The notes beneath the pieces are model-generated. The model saw only the letters and a program-made list of their open reading frames with translations, had not been told where the DNA came from and searched no databases. From Octopus sinensis (Eukaryota): a stretch of 64,000 nt of DNA. This document shows positions 10,697 to 23,625 of the stretch, one piece after another (position 1 is the stretch's first letter; the number at the start of each line of letters is the position of its first letter). The DNA lies in assembly GCF_006345805.1 (NCBI RefSeq), contig NC_043000.1:43028001-43092000 (forward strand). The letters run 5' to 3'. A program made the position numbers and the translations under genes.

Positions 10697-10731
10697 GTTT
10701 CTGAAGAAGAGCTTTGCTCGAAACGTAAAAC
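10697..10731 (+). ncRNA. Minimal type-I hammerhead ribozyme (Penelope-associated type)
   Basis: GUUU CUGAAGA A GAGC UUU GCUC GAAA CGU A AAAC: helix I GUUU/AAAC, helix II GAGC/GCUC, loopless palindromic helix III ACGU, GUA site after 10727. Confidence 0.85.
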
Positions 10732-11011
10732 TACTTTTCTTTTCTTCCCTGGGCGTTTGCTAATACTTTGCATGTATCACGTCCACGCGTTGTTGTTTTT
10801 TTTTTCTTGTTGCTTCTTTTCTTTGGTTTCTGTTTTGGGGGGATTATATATATATAAATATATATGTAAAAAGATACAAACTGGGACAAGAACGCAAAAC
10901 ATTTAGAAGACGATACAAAAAACACGGACGGGACATTCGAAGCCTTCAATCTTCAGTCAAGAACCGGATCATCCTCGCAATTTCGGCTGATTAATCTTGA
11001 TATATATATAT

Positions 11012-11048
<37 letters not shown>

Positions 11049-11289
11049 AAAGGGCTTAGTAAAATAAATTACTTTGCCGCATACTGAACTCATTAGAAAT
11101 AGCAGCTAAAAAAACTTTTTTAAAACTATTTCTAATACTTAAAGAAAACCTCTCTCATATAGTGTTTGCTCAATTCAACTCACGCAAATATGGGGGTAGA
11201 GACATTAAAAAATCAAGTGCAAAGGTTATTTGAGAACGTATATATATATATATTATATATATATATAATATATATATATATTATATATA

Positions 11290-11339
<50 letters not shown>

Positions 11340-12057
11340 GTTAATTCATAATCATTAGTTCGACGATAAAACATATTTTATTTCACCTATAACAGATTGG
11401 TCAGGAACTCTTCGAATAGTTTGTCACTGAATAAATAAAACCCTCCAATGTAAAACATCGTATGAACTTGAGTTTTTCTTTTCCTGCACCAGGCACTTGA
11501 TGCAAACCTTTTTAGGAGGGATAGGACTTGTTAGAGTAGTAGAGATGTTTAACTGAGATGTCATTGTCAATTAAAGTTTGGTGACTGCTCAACGAGTGAG
11601 AGTAGATAATATTGCAAGCACTGACTAGTACAAAGAGGCTATATCAGGGCTCTTAGAATAAAGAACCTAAGTTAAGTCTGAGAGAGAATAACTATGTAAT
11701 CCATAACCGTTAGTCCGACAAAACATCTTATTTTGCGTTAGGATGGGGCTTCTTGGTCACACCAGGATGATACTTTCCCCCATTAGGAACTTCCGTCTTT
11801 ATTTTATTTTAGTTAATTGTTTCTCTTTCATCGTGTTCATGTGTATATGTAAATAACCACTGACCATTTCGTCTTTGTATCTTCCTAAATATTTTTTGGG
11901 CGGCCCCCGTGGTTAACAAAAAAGTATTATAATCATTGATATTAACTAAAATGACGAGTTGGAGTATCTGTTAAGGTGACGCAAAAAAAATTCTTGACGT
12001 TATTTTCTTTACTGTTTGTCAACATAAAACGTTCTGAGTTGTTGTTGTTATTATTAT

Positions 12058-13197
12058 TTAAGACGTCGCACAGTATCCAATATCGTGCTGTTGTTGATTG
12101 AAGATATTGTTGTACTAGGGGTTTGTACAGTCAGTCAAATTATACCAAGGGCCTCAGACAGACAATACTTAATACCACATGTGAGTAGTTCCCAGTAATG
12201 CCGACTTTTGCACCACACCTAAATTGTACGTATTTCTAAAGTTTCGAGATGTGTCTTCAGGCTGGCTGGTATTGAACCCAATGCTTCGGTGACAATAGGG
12301 ACAAACTTTATGTTTGACTCTCGTTGCTGCCACATCTTAGCGATCTCAATTCTCAGGCCTTCATATTTTTCAGTATTTTCTTTTTACTTCATGATAATAA
12401 TTTTATCTCCTGGCACTGCCACGTCGATTATAAGGCACTCTTGTTTGTCCCTCCTAACGGTTACTATATCCGGCCTTCGGTGATCTAACATCTTGTCTGT
12501 CTGGAAACCAAAGTCCCAGGGTATTTTTGTCTTTCTCTTTCTGTCCATTGCCTTTTCTATATTGGTACCAAGCACCCGTTACCTCGTATCCACACTTCCG
12601 GCATAGTAGCCAGTGAAAATTTTGGGCTACTTTGTCGTGTCTGCGCTTATACTCTTTCTGCTCAAGACTTTGACAAGCACTAAAAATGTGAGTCACGTTT
12701 TCGACCCTCTTCCCACACATTCTGCAGAGGTTCGTTGCGCTTGTGTGGTATATATCTCTTTTCACTGAGTTGGTATCCAATGCCTGATCCTGAGCAGCGA
12801 TGATTGGGATTTCAATATTCGTTTTTAGGTTACTCTTGCTGAGGCACTTCCATGATACTTTCTGGTCTTTTAATTTGTTAGTTTTGCGGTGGAACCGACC
12901 ATGTAATTCCATGCGGAGTAGGGTTTCTTCTCTCTCGTTGGCTGTTCATGATCGGAATTCATGAGCACTATCAAATACATTTTTGATAAATCCTCCAGCA
13001 TTAGCAGCATACTGTAACAGGTCCTGGTTGCTGTTTACCAAATATTTTACCATGTTTTTTCTTTCACTGTTGATGCACTTCTGTACGCTAATCAGCCGAC
13101 GTCCACATTTACACTACTTCATGAAGAGCTTGTGTACATTCGCCTTAGGGTTGAGGGCACCATGCATTGTCATTGTCTGTCGGATAGTGCGATCGAG
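12058..13197 (-). mobile_element. 5'-truncated R4/Dong-clade non-LTR retrotransposon (CCHC plus restriction-like endonuclease), pseudogenised
   Basis: LHGRFHR, AAQDQAL.TN, CRMCGKRVENVTHIFSAC, RRHDKVA..HW, RPDIV..CLIIDVAVPGD; both ends abut (ATT)n. Confidence 0.88.
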
Positions 13198-13200
<3 letters not shown>

Positions 13201-13236
<36 letters not shown>

Positions 13237-13252
13237 TTATTATTATTATTAT

Positions 13253-13291
<39 letters not shown>

Positions 13292-13316
13292 CATTAGTAT
13301 TCGTATTATTATTATT
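13201..13316. repeat. (ATT)n/(AGT)n microsatellite
   Basis: Direct reading. Confidence 0.97.
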
Positions 13317-13688
13317 AAGGCGAAGAGCTGGCAAAATTGTTAGCAACTTGGACGAAATGCTTAGCGGTATTTCGCACGTCGCTGCAGTCTCAGTTCAAAT
13401 TCCACCGAGGTCGAATTTAGCTTTCATCCTTTCGGGGTCGATAAAATAAATAGCAGTTGAATACAGGGGTGGATGTAATCGACTTAATCCCCTCCCCCAA
13501 GCGGCCCTTCCGGTAAAAATTTGAAATCATTATTATAATTACGCCCTGAGTTCAAATTCCGCCGAGGCCTACTTTCTCTTTCATCCTTTCAGAGTCGATA
13601 AATTAAGTACCAGTTGAGCACTAAGGTCTATGTAATCGACACACCCTCTCCCCCCAAAAATGGCTGCCTTTGTTGCAGAATTTGAAAC

Positions 13689-13692
<4 letters not shown>
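13317..13692 (+). mobile_element. Two tandem Meta-like SINEs (13317-13535 and 5'-truncated 13545-13692) with (ATT)n tail
   Basis: Two copies of the ctttcatcctttc..gtcgataaa..aagtaccag core. Confidence 0.85.
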
Positions 13693-13745
<53 letters not shown>

Positions 13746-14593
13746 AATCTTAAAGAAAATCATTCTTCAGAAGAACTCCAAAATTTAAGCAGAAAAGTTC
13801 CCTGAAATAAGATCACAGATGCTTTTGATTTTCGTTTTATTTATCGACTTTTACATTTTCTTTTTAGCAGGATTGTTCCCTTTGTGTGTGTGTGTTTGTG
13901 TGTGTGTTTGTGTGTGTGTGTATGTGTGCGCGCGCACGCTCGCGTTAGTGCGTGCGTACGCGCGAGTGTGTGGCTGTCTTGTGTATATGTGTGCTCTTTT
14001 GTGTGCCTGTGCGCGTATGTTTGTGTAATATTTGTTTATACCTTGATTTATATATCATTTTACTTTCGTTTTAACCTTCAAATATAACATTTTAGTTGAT
14101 GTGTAGCATTCGGTTGTAATCTAGCAGAAAATCATTCCAAACCCAAATATGGCTACACACGATTGAATTCGTTGTTTATGGTAAGCAATGCCAAATGTTA
14201 TGGTGACGGAAATCTAGCATATTGTCTAGTTTTACGCTTTTATTTTCATGTCTCAACATAAATCACTATTTTCACTATTTTATCAATAAAAACATGAAAC
14301 AATCAACACGAATACGCGATTTCAGTGATATGATATACATACATATATACATTTAAACGTATGCATTTATATTCATATGCATGTGTGTGGATGAATGTGT
14401 ATGTGAACATATATACACAAAGGTATGTGTCTGTTTGCGCGTGAGTATGTTGTCAGACACGTTTCCATTGTGTAAAATATCTGCTATTTCGTGTTCTTAT
14501 TTTGCTATAATTCCTTTTGCCTTTCGCCTTTCGTATAAAGTACACTCAGCATACTTCTATTTCACAGACGCTCACATATGTTAATATGTGAGC

Positions 14594-14734
<141 letters not shown>

Positions 14735-14794
14735 ACTATTTATAAAATACTCGGCAAGCGTTCTCCTTCCACTCTTTATACAGTGGTCTATACT

Positions 14795-16990
14795 AATTAG
14801 CCCTCTGTCACCATTCTTTTCATATACAGTCTGTTTACGTTTGCTTTAGTATGTAGCAGCCCATACAGCGTCATCAACTTTCTCGTCCTTTTATCCAGTG
14901 TTGATATTTCTTCCTTAATCCATTTGAGGATGGACACACTATATATGACCACCGCCACTGCCCAGATGTTCATTGCGGTAATCAAATGTTTGGCATTTAG
15001 GTTGCATCTCAACACTATCTGCACCCTTTTTTTGATACGCCTCACTGACCTTGACTTTCATTTCTCTGGGGAGAATGTCATCCACCTCCAAAATCCCTAA
15101 ATATCTATACCTCCTACCGTCGGGTTCACCCATTGTCTCTTCTGATCGTAACCGCAATCTTCTGCAGCCTGCTTTCTTCCATCTTTTCATATTAAGTACT
15201 GTGCATTTGTTAAACCCAAGTTCTATACCTATGTTCTTACCACACTTCTGAACTGTTTCGGTTAAGGAATCTATCTGTTTTTCAGATTTCCCAAACAATT
15301 TCAGGTCATCCATAAACAGAAGATAGTTCAATGATGGGCCTTTCTTCCCACATCGGTAGCCTATGTTAACTTTCCTAAGTGTCATTGCTATGGGCATTAG
15401 TGAAATTACTAAATGTAAAGGAACAAGCGAGTCACCTTGGAAGATTGCCCTTTTAATATCAACTTCTCCAAGGAATACATTTCTTGCGTACAATTTGGTT
15501 TTCCACTCTTTCATTCTATGCATCAGAAAATGTGTAATGTTGTCAGCAACACTAAACATCTGCAGGCATTCAACGATCCACGAATGAGGTATCATATTAT
15601 ATGTCTTCTTAAAGTCAATCCAAGCCATAGACAAGTTTGTATGATGCTTTTGTAGTGACGCTACTGTGTAAGGTTCAGCGCACATGCGCAGAATTGGATT
15701 ACTTCCGGTTGGCCACCGGAAGTTTCCCTCATGCGCATGTGCAGGAACTGAAACCTGAAACGCGGATCGCTAACTCATCCTTTCTGGCTTAAGCGGTGTT
15801 CGCGGTCGGACGTGTCTTGACTTCCACTCTGAGAACCTCACACCAACGAAGCGGGAGCGAACCGGACGAATCGTTTGACTCGCAACAAGATAGCATAGCA
15901 ATCAGTCCTGCGGATTCGGCTGTCGGTTTCCCACTAGAGAAAACGTGCACTAGTTTTTGCTTGTAACCGAGAATAAACCACCATTTACTGTGATCATAGA
16001 CCGCCTGACTTTGTCTCTGTTATTCTACCTAAATTGTATGTGAAGCGATCAGATCGGACACCCCTCCAGTGTTACCGAACCTAATCCTGTTACACTTTTT
16101 ACAATGCCTCAAAACTTTTTTATCGATGACCAGGTGACCCTTGACACTCTAAGAACTCTCTTCCTACATACTTTTTGTTCCCTTGGTAGAATTTTTTCCT
16201 GTGCCAAGAAAGTGTATGTCTTTGCAGCACATATTCCTGTGAGTATCTTCCAGATTATTTTTAGACATGCTATGGAACGGTAGTTTCTATCAATATTCCC
16301 CTTTCTTCTATCTTTCATTACAAGTGTTGTCCTCCCAGTCACCATCCACGTGGGGGCTGTACCTTTCTGGACACACTCATTTAATTGAGCTGTTAGTCTT
16401 TCATGCACCGCGTGGCATCTCTTCAGCCAGAAGCCATGAATCCCATCTGGTCCGGCGCTTTCTAGTAAGGCACTTTACCCACTTGTTCTTTCACATCACC
16501 CGTGCTTATCACAATATTCCTTTGTTTCTTTCCTCCTTGTAATTCTGTCTTGATAGTCCCTATCCACACTGCATCCCTTTTATGCACCATATTGTTTCCC
16601 CATAATCCGCTCCAGAACTCCTTGGCTTGATTTGCATCACGAGCAACATTTTCCCCATTGTCTCCTTCTCACGTTCGGAAGAATTGCTTCGAGTTACTTT
16701 TTTAGCAGTCTGTTCTCCTCGAACTGTTTGCCATGATCCTCTGTTTTAACTGCTCTGTTACTGCATCAAACCCGTTCTTCCATATTTTATATTTCTTTTC
16801 TAATTTTTCTCGGTCGGTCTTTTTCTCATTTTTCTAGTTTTTTCTTAACTATTTTTTTCTAAATCTTGCCTTATCCGCATTATGTCCTTTTCAATGCGTC
16901 GTTTCCACCATGGTTCATTTGCTCCACCATTTTTTGTCGTAATTTTCCTCAACAAGCAGCGCAATGACTCGGAGAAGATACCTTGTTTGT
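14795..16990 (-). mobile_element. R4/Dong-clade LINE RT-domain remnant, interrupted by a solo LTR
   Basis: NYRSIACL, HTNLSMAWIDFKKTYNMIPHSWI, IFQGDSL.PL, NYLLFMDDLKLFGK, YRYLGILE, KRTRKLMTLYGLLH. Confidence 0.88.
15651..16094 (+). mobile_element. Solo LTR (444 bp), probably Ty3/gypsy-type
   Basis: Termini TGTA...TACA; 4-bp TSD CTTT (15647-50, 16095-98); AATAAA at 15972; excision restores the host LINE frame RHCKKHHTNLSMAWID. Confidence 0.88.
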
Positions 16991-17094
16991 GTCGTATCCT
17001 CCATCAGGATGTATGGTATGACAGTATTTCTCTTTTGTTTTACTTTAATTATCATACTCCTATCTACCCTTCTCATATTCATGGGGATTATTAT

Positions 17095-17280
17095 GCTTAG
17101 CGGTATCTCGTCTGCCGTTACCTTCTGAGTTCAAATTCCGCCGAGGTCGACTTTGCCGTTCATCCTTTCGGGATCGATTAAATAAGTACCAGGTGCGCAC
17201 TAGAGTCGATGTAATCGACTTAATGTCTTTGTATGTCCTTGTTTGTCCCCTCTATGTTTAGCTCATGTGGGCAATAGATA
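17095..17280 (+). mobile_element. Meta-like SINE, 5'-truncated
   Basis: gttcaaattccgccgaggtcgactttgccgttcatcctttcgggatcgattaaataagtacc. Confidence 0.85.
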
Positions 17281-17309
17281 AATAGATAACTGATAAATAA
17301 ATGATAATA

Positions 17310-17335
17310 ATAATAGCAGCAGCAGTAGTAGTAGC

Positions 17336-17378
<43 letters not shown>

Positions 17379-17416
17379 ATAATATACTACTACTACTACT
17401 AATAATAATAATAGTA

Positions 17417-17454
<38 letters not shown>

Positions 17455-17469
17455 TACTATTATTATTAC

Positions 17470-17521
<52 letters not shown>
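17310..17521. repeat. Compound (AAT)/(AGT)/(ATT)n microsatellite
   Basis: Direct reading. Confidence 0.95.
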
Positions 17522-17523
<2 letters not shown>

Positions 17524-19500
17524 GTAGTCTATTTTTTATCACGTGCTTTCACTGTACTAACGAGCACAGCTCTGTGTGCCTTGGGTATGTGCTGTGGTTC
17601 GTTGTGATGCTCTTATTTTTTACTGTATTGAAAGTGTTTTACGTAGGATATGTGCGGCGCCTAATAGCGCTATTTTCTGTATTTTAGTCTTGTTAGTCCA
17701 GGTTTTTTGTTATGTATTTGTCTGATTATTTTTTAACATACCTCATGCGCCTACTAAGATAGGAATTGATTCTGATTTTAGACTCCACATTCGAAGTACA
17801 TCTATTTCCAGGTCTTTGTATTTTGAGAGCTTCTCCATTTCTTTTAGAGAAACATTGTCAACTGTTGCTATTGATACAGCGATTAGAAAGCATTCTTTTA
17901 CTTGATGACTACTGACAACTATATCTGGCCTACTAGCCTTAATTTCCCTGTCTGTGTGTATTGGCATATCGCATAGTATGGTTACTTTCTCATTTTCAGT
18001 AACCCTTTTGTGGCGTGTGCCTATATCATCTTCTTTCTTTTGTTCCACAGTGTTGGCATAGCTTCCTGTCGTGTCCGTGAATATAATTCTTCTTAGCCAG
18101 GACTAGGCAGCCAGATACAATATTGTTTCTTGTCCATCTCTACATATTCTGCAGTTATTTGTTGCATTTATTTTCATTACATGCTTTTGGTAATTTCTGG
18201 TGGAGAGGCTTTGGTCTTGTGCTGCAAATAAATATCCCTCGGTCTCTGCTTTGAGTCCTGAGCCTCTCAGCCATTGGTGGGATTTTGTATGGTCTATTTC
18301 TATTCTGTTTAGTTTAACTCAGTATTTGCCATGAAGGGGCTTTTCTTGCCATCGTTTTATGATCTGTTGCTGTTCCAGTTTTAGTCCAGATTTCAGTTGT
18401 TTACAGCTTTTTTCGTTTCTTCTTGTTCTTCATTGTTGTTAGGTACTATGACTCCTTTTTTGTATTTGTCAGCTTCCTTAAAAAGTGAAAACAGTTTTCT
18501 GTTTTATTCATGTCCTGTGGATATTTGTATTAGTCTTCCTTGCTTCGGAAGAAGGTACTTCTGTAGTCTTATGACGGTTATTTTGTAATAGTTTTCGAGC
18601 TGTATAAAACTTTCAATATAACCTTTATATGTCAGATTTTGGATGGGACATCCTAAATCATGTCATTATTTTTCTTGTTTTCCTGTCTATTTTGATTAGT
18701 TAATTTAGAGTTCAGTTAAGCATATTGTAGCTGCAGCATATAACTGGGACGGCTAGAGTGTTGACACCTATTATTTTGTTTTTCACATTGAGCTCTGTTT
18801 TCAGTATTAATCTAACTCGTCTATAGTATTCTTTTCTTATATTTTCTTCCAATTGTGTGTGTTGTATCGTATCTAGTTCATTGATTCCTTAGCATTTGTA
18901 TGTCTGGCCTTCATCTAATTCAGCTATTTCATTTGCTTCATCTAGTGTGATGTTGCTACTCTTGTTTTCCTCTTTCAAAGGTTGCTTTGGCATATTTTTC
19001 TAAGCCAAATTTCATGTTTATTTCTTTGGTAAATCAATATACTGTCTGTAGTAATGTTTCCAGCTGTTTATCATTTGTAGCGTACAGTTTTAGATCATCC
19101 ATATATAAGAGGTGGCTGATTGCTTTGCCGTAACAGTTGTATCCCCATCTGTTTAGCATTCAAGACAAAGGTGTCAGTGCCAAGTAGAAAAGGAGTAGAG
19201 AGATTGTGTCTCTTTGGAATATTCCTCTTCTAATGGGGATGGCTTTGGATTTTATAAGTGACTCTTTTGTCTGGAGCCGTGCACTGTCTGCCATTTATTC
19301 ATGGAATGTTTTATATATTCTATGATTATTGGTGCTACCTTGTTCATGGCTAGTGTTTCTAAGATCCATGTGTGGAGAATACTATCAAAAGCCTCTCGAT
19401 TATCGATCCAGGTCATACTTAGACCCTTCTTATTTCTACGGCTGTCTTCAGTTATGGCTTTATTGATCATTAGCTGATCTTTACAGCCGTATGAACCCTA
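17522..19500 (-). mobile_element. 5'-truncated R4/Dong-clade LINE, second subfamily, with 3' UTR
   Basis: LSMTWIDNREAFDSILHTWI, HLLYMDDLKLY region, DMPIHTDREIKASRPDIVV..FLIAVSI..KEMEKLSKYKDLEI..IPILVGA; 3' end runs into (AAT)n. Confidence 0.88.
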
Positions 19501-19582
19501 GCAGCATCCCTTTTCTTCTTCTTCTTCTTCTTCTTCTTCTGCTTGTTGTTGTTGTTGTTGCTTTTGTTGTCATCGTTATTGC

Positions 19583-19800
19583 TAAGACAGCGAACTGGCA
19601 GAAACGTTAGTACGCCGGGAAAATACTTAGCAGCTTCTCTTCCGGCTTTTCGTTCTGAGTTCAGATGCTGCCGAAGTCGACTTTGTTTTTCATCCTTTCG
19701 GGGTCGATGAAATAAGTACCAGTTGAACAATCGAGTCCATGTATCTGACTTACACCTTCCTTTGAAATTACTGGTCGTGTCCACAAATTTGAAACCATTG
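19583..19800 (+). mobile_element. Meta-like SINE
   Basis: Head gcgaactggcagaaacgttagtacgccgg and core catcctttcggggtcgatgaaataagtaccag. Confidence 0.85.
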
Positions 19801-20074
19801 CTCCAACAGCGAGAACAATAATATTGATGCTAACATAAACACACACACACACAGAACGAAGTTTATCAAAGACATTAAGATGTTCTGAAAAAACTTAAGA
19901 ACGTGACAATAGAGCAATTTACAATTCAAGGAAGGGTAAGTAATACAAAAGCTGAACAAACAGTGGGGCGTATATGAAAGAAAAATTGAGTGCATGATAA
20001 CCTTGTGAATGAGAATGAAAAGCAATACAAAGCCATGAGTATTCAGACACATTGAAAATATTGGTTTCAAATTT

Positions 20075-20276
20075 CAGCACCTAGCCAGCAAGTTCGGGAT
20101 AGTAGGTAAAACGGTAACATCGATACCAGTGCTCAGCTGATACTTATATTATTGACCCTGAAAAGTTCGAAAGCAAAGCTGCCCTCGGCGGAATTCGAAC
20201 TCAGAACGTAAACACGGACAATGTCCGCTAATCATTTTCCCCGGCGTGCTAATGATTCTGCCAACTCGCCGCCTTA
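20075..20276 (-). mobile_element. Meta-like SINE
   Basis: Reverse head tctgccaactcgccgcc and ggcggaattcgaactcagaacgta. Confidence 0.8.
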
Positions 20277-21178
20277 CGGGATGCAAATATATCATTTCAA
20301 TGTCAAGAAAATAGATCTGTTCTATTAACCCAATGCCAGCTATGGTATTTGTCTGTAGTATAGGAGTGGAATACCACAGATCTAGAGTCTATAGATAATA
20401 ATTCTAGAAAACGTCCGTGGGTAGGTGGAAATGAACACCATGCACCTCGTACTAATTTACATACTTATCGACTGTTCATCCGTCGAAGAAAATGTATTAG
20501 GATACTAGTCAGTATTATGAAGAAGTTCAAGTTGGCAGTTATTAATGTTGCCAACAAGACTACGTTCCCATCTAACACAAAGACCTGGCATGTGATCTTG
20601 TTAATTCCGAAGTAAATTGATTTTTATCTGCAGTTAAAATATTGCGTACATGAGATTCGATAAGAAAAAGATTGAAGCCTGAAACGATAGCTAAAAAACG
20701 AACACAGTGAGACTGTACTTAGTTCATCAATTGCAAAATTATTGTCCACGTAAAAGCATGCCTTTACATGGACAATAATTTCGTCAAAGAAAATGTGAAT
20801 ATTCCACAGAACTTTAGTAGACAAAAGACCACCAATAGCACATAATACGCTTTGATCATTTGCCATGAGAAAAAAAAATTGACAATGATACTGTAATTAT
20901 CGACATAGTTATATAAAATGACTACAACGTTTTGTTGAAATGAACTAAAATGAAAAGATCCCTTGATGTACTTGCCGAACCATGAATAATAAAGACAGGA
21001 GTTATTGCAGGAACAAGACTGTACATTTTTACTGAAGACTTTGTCTTTTATCCTTACCGAGGCCGATAAAATAAGCACCAATCAAGTGCTGGGGTTGATT
21101 TGCTGGACTTCTCCACACCCATGTCCGGAAGCCTTGTGCCTACCTTAGAAATTATGTTTTTTTTATTGTTATTAGCGT

Positions 21179-21234
<56 letters not shown>

Positions 21235-21261
21235 ATAATAATAATAATAATAATAATACTC

Positions 21262-21470
21262 CGAAGGCAGCGAAATGTCAGAATCGTTAGCACGCCGGAG
21301 AAAAAAAAACATACTTAGCAGCATCAGCCTTACGTTTTGAGTTCAAATTCCGCCGATGTCTACTTCGTCATACCAATCCTTTTGGGGTCGATAATATAAA
21401 TACCAATTGAAAGCTGGGGTGGTCACTGTAATCATCTATCCCCCTCCCTCAAAATTTCAGACCTTGTAGA
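21262..21470 (+). mobile_element. Meta-like SINE; further decayed copies at about 21050-21150 and 21480-21950
   Basis: gttcaaattccgccgatgtc..ccttttggggtcgataatataaatacc. Confidence 0.75.
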
Positions 21471-21984
21471 AAGGAATATTACTAAGGTGGCAGGCTAGTA
21501 GAAGTTCATAGCATTGGCAAAACGATTTTCAACATTTGTACAGACAATTGACAATTTAAATTCAAATACCACCCCGGTCGGCATTGCTTTTCATCGTGTC
21601 AAGGTCAATAAAATAAAGTACCAGTCAAGGACTGTAGTCGAAGCAATCGACTAACTCTTTTCGCAAACATTAATGGCCTTGGGTTTAATTATGCAGCAAT
21701 TTTAAGGCAATGAGCTAGCAGAATTGTTAGGGCCACGGGCAAAACATTTGCGATATTTCATTCCTCTTTACGTTCTGAGCAATTTTAACTGGAGGTTTTA
21801 GTCGATGCTATGGAACCCAATACTTAACTGGTACTTTATTTCACTGATCCCGAACTGAAGGGCAAATTTGACCGTAGCGTGATTTGAAACAAGGAAATAA
21901 AGAACCGGAAGAAATGCTGCATGCTATCATGTCCACACTTTAACGATTATGCCCGATTTCTACCCTTCTGCTTATATAATAATA

Positions 21985-22016
<32 letters not shown>

Positions 22017-22043
22017 TAATAATAATAATAATAATAATAATAA

Positions 22044-22241
22044 GCACAAGGCCTCAAATTTGGGGGAAGGGATTAAGTCAATTACATCGACCCCAGTGTA
22101 TAACTGGTACTTATTTAATCGATCCAAAAAGGATGAAAGGCAAAGTCGACCTCGGTGGAATTTGAACTCAGAACGTAGCGGCAGACGAAATACCTCTAAG
22201 CATTGCGCCCGGCGTACTAACGATTCTGCCAGCTCGCTGCC

Positions 22242-22242
<1 letters not shown>
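22044..22242 (-). mobile_element. Meta-like SINE embedded in an (AAT)n array
   Basis: Near-consensus core; (AAT)n at 21980-22043 and 22243-22290. Confidence 0.88.
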
Positions 22243-22290
<48 letters not shown>

Positions 22291-22612
22291 TAATCGGATT
22301 CAACGTATTAATAATCATTTCTAAAATAGGTTCAAGGTTGCAGATGTTTTGGAGCAAGCGTATAGTTGATTACGTTGATCCTAATATTTGAATGGCACCC
22401 CTTTTTTCGTTGACTTAGAATACTCGAAGTCAGTGTTAACTCCAGCGTTAGCTGAGCTTCGAACGTAAACGGCCGTTACTAAATATCACAAGATATATTG
22501 TAAGTAATTCTATCAATTCTGCTAAACCACCAATATTCGCGACTGTCATTTAGTATATTTAAACTGCCTTAAATTGCTGTGTTCCTAGCATTAGACACCT
22601 TAACGTCCCATC

Positions 22613-22950
22613 TTTTAAAGCTTTGAACATGTTTGATTTGTTCTGACCCATATATAATAGGTTTTTACGACTGTCAGTTAATATCGTTAAATAACGCTGA
22701 GATGCTTTGAAGCAAGACTTAGAATCCTCTTTACCGGTGATTTAATATCTGTAAATAACCTGGAGTTGCTCTGAGCCATACTTTGTACACATTTGCTGCA
22801 CCATTTGATATCTTTAAATAACCTTCATTCACTGTGAGCCATATATCACAAACATTTGCGCTGATATTTAATATCTTTAAACAATCTCAAGTCGCTATAA
22901 ACGAGACATTAAAAACTATTGCAATCCCCATTTAACATTTTAAAAACAAT
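22613..22950. repeat. Degenerate 63-bp tandem repeat, about 5 units
   Basis: Units start at 22677, 22741, 22804, 22867 (tttaatatctttaaataacc...). Confidence 0.75.
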
Positions 22951-23625
22951 CTTGAGTTTATGTGAACCATAAAAACTGTCCGGTTCGATTTAAGTTTCTC
23001 CCTGAAAACATCTTAAATAAATAACTATCAGCTACGATCTACACTTGTGATCTCTGATTGATCAGTTCATTTGTCCATTCAAATAGTTGCGTATTTAAAA
23101 TGCATTTATTGTGCAGCATGTTCAAACAATTTGAAATACTATCACGAACGAAAAGCGTGTTTTGTGCACACATAACTCTCTGATATTTGAAATACTTGCT
23201 TACATCTGCTATATGGCTGAAGTGCAATTTCCTGAAGTTTCAGGCATACAAACATTGCTCATATCACATGACTTTTAATGAGCACTGAAATATAGTGAAC
23301 CATGTAATGAATTTATGTGAAAGCACTTAGCATGCCAGAATTAGAACCAGGGTTTGATCATCGCGGTTATTTGATCTGCAATATTTTCCTGTTTTAGTAG
23401 CTCAAACACATTGTTATCGCTGTTCTTTAACCACAGGTCAGCACTGATTGAGCAAAACTATGATCAAAGAATTCCAAACATGATTATTTTTTCTAACTTT
23501 ATCAGATATATTGTATCTAGGATTACATTATCCAGAGTTTTATTTTATCTTTTTTTTTACAGCGATTTGAGGGCAATTTGGCTGCAGTTTATAGTATGTC
23601 AATAGACTATATAGCAGCTTCCTTG

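Noticed and set aside
10926-10960. CUGAAGA..CGAAUGUC hammerhead-like string on the minus strand
   Set aside because: Helix I does not pair, helix II would have a 1-nt loop, and GAAA is absent
12235-12262. CUGAAGA-CACAUCUC-GAAAC on the minus strand
   Set aside because: Lies in LINE coding sequence (SLKTHLETL); no helix II and no NUH site
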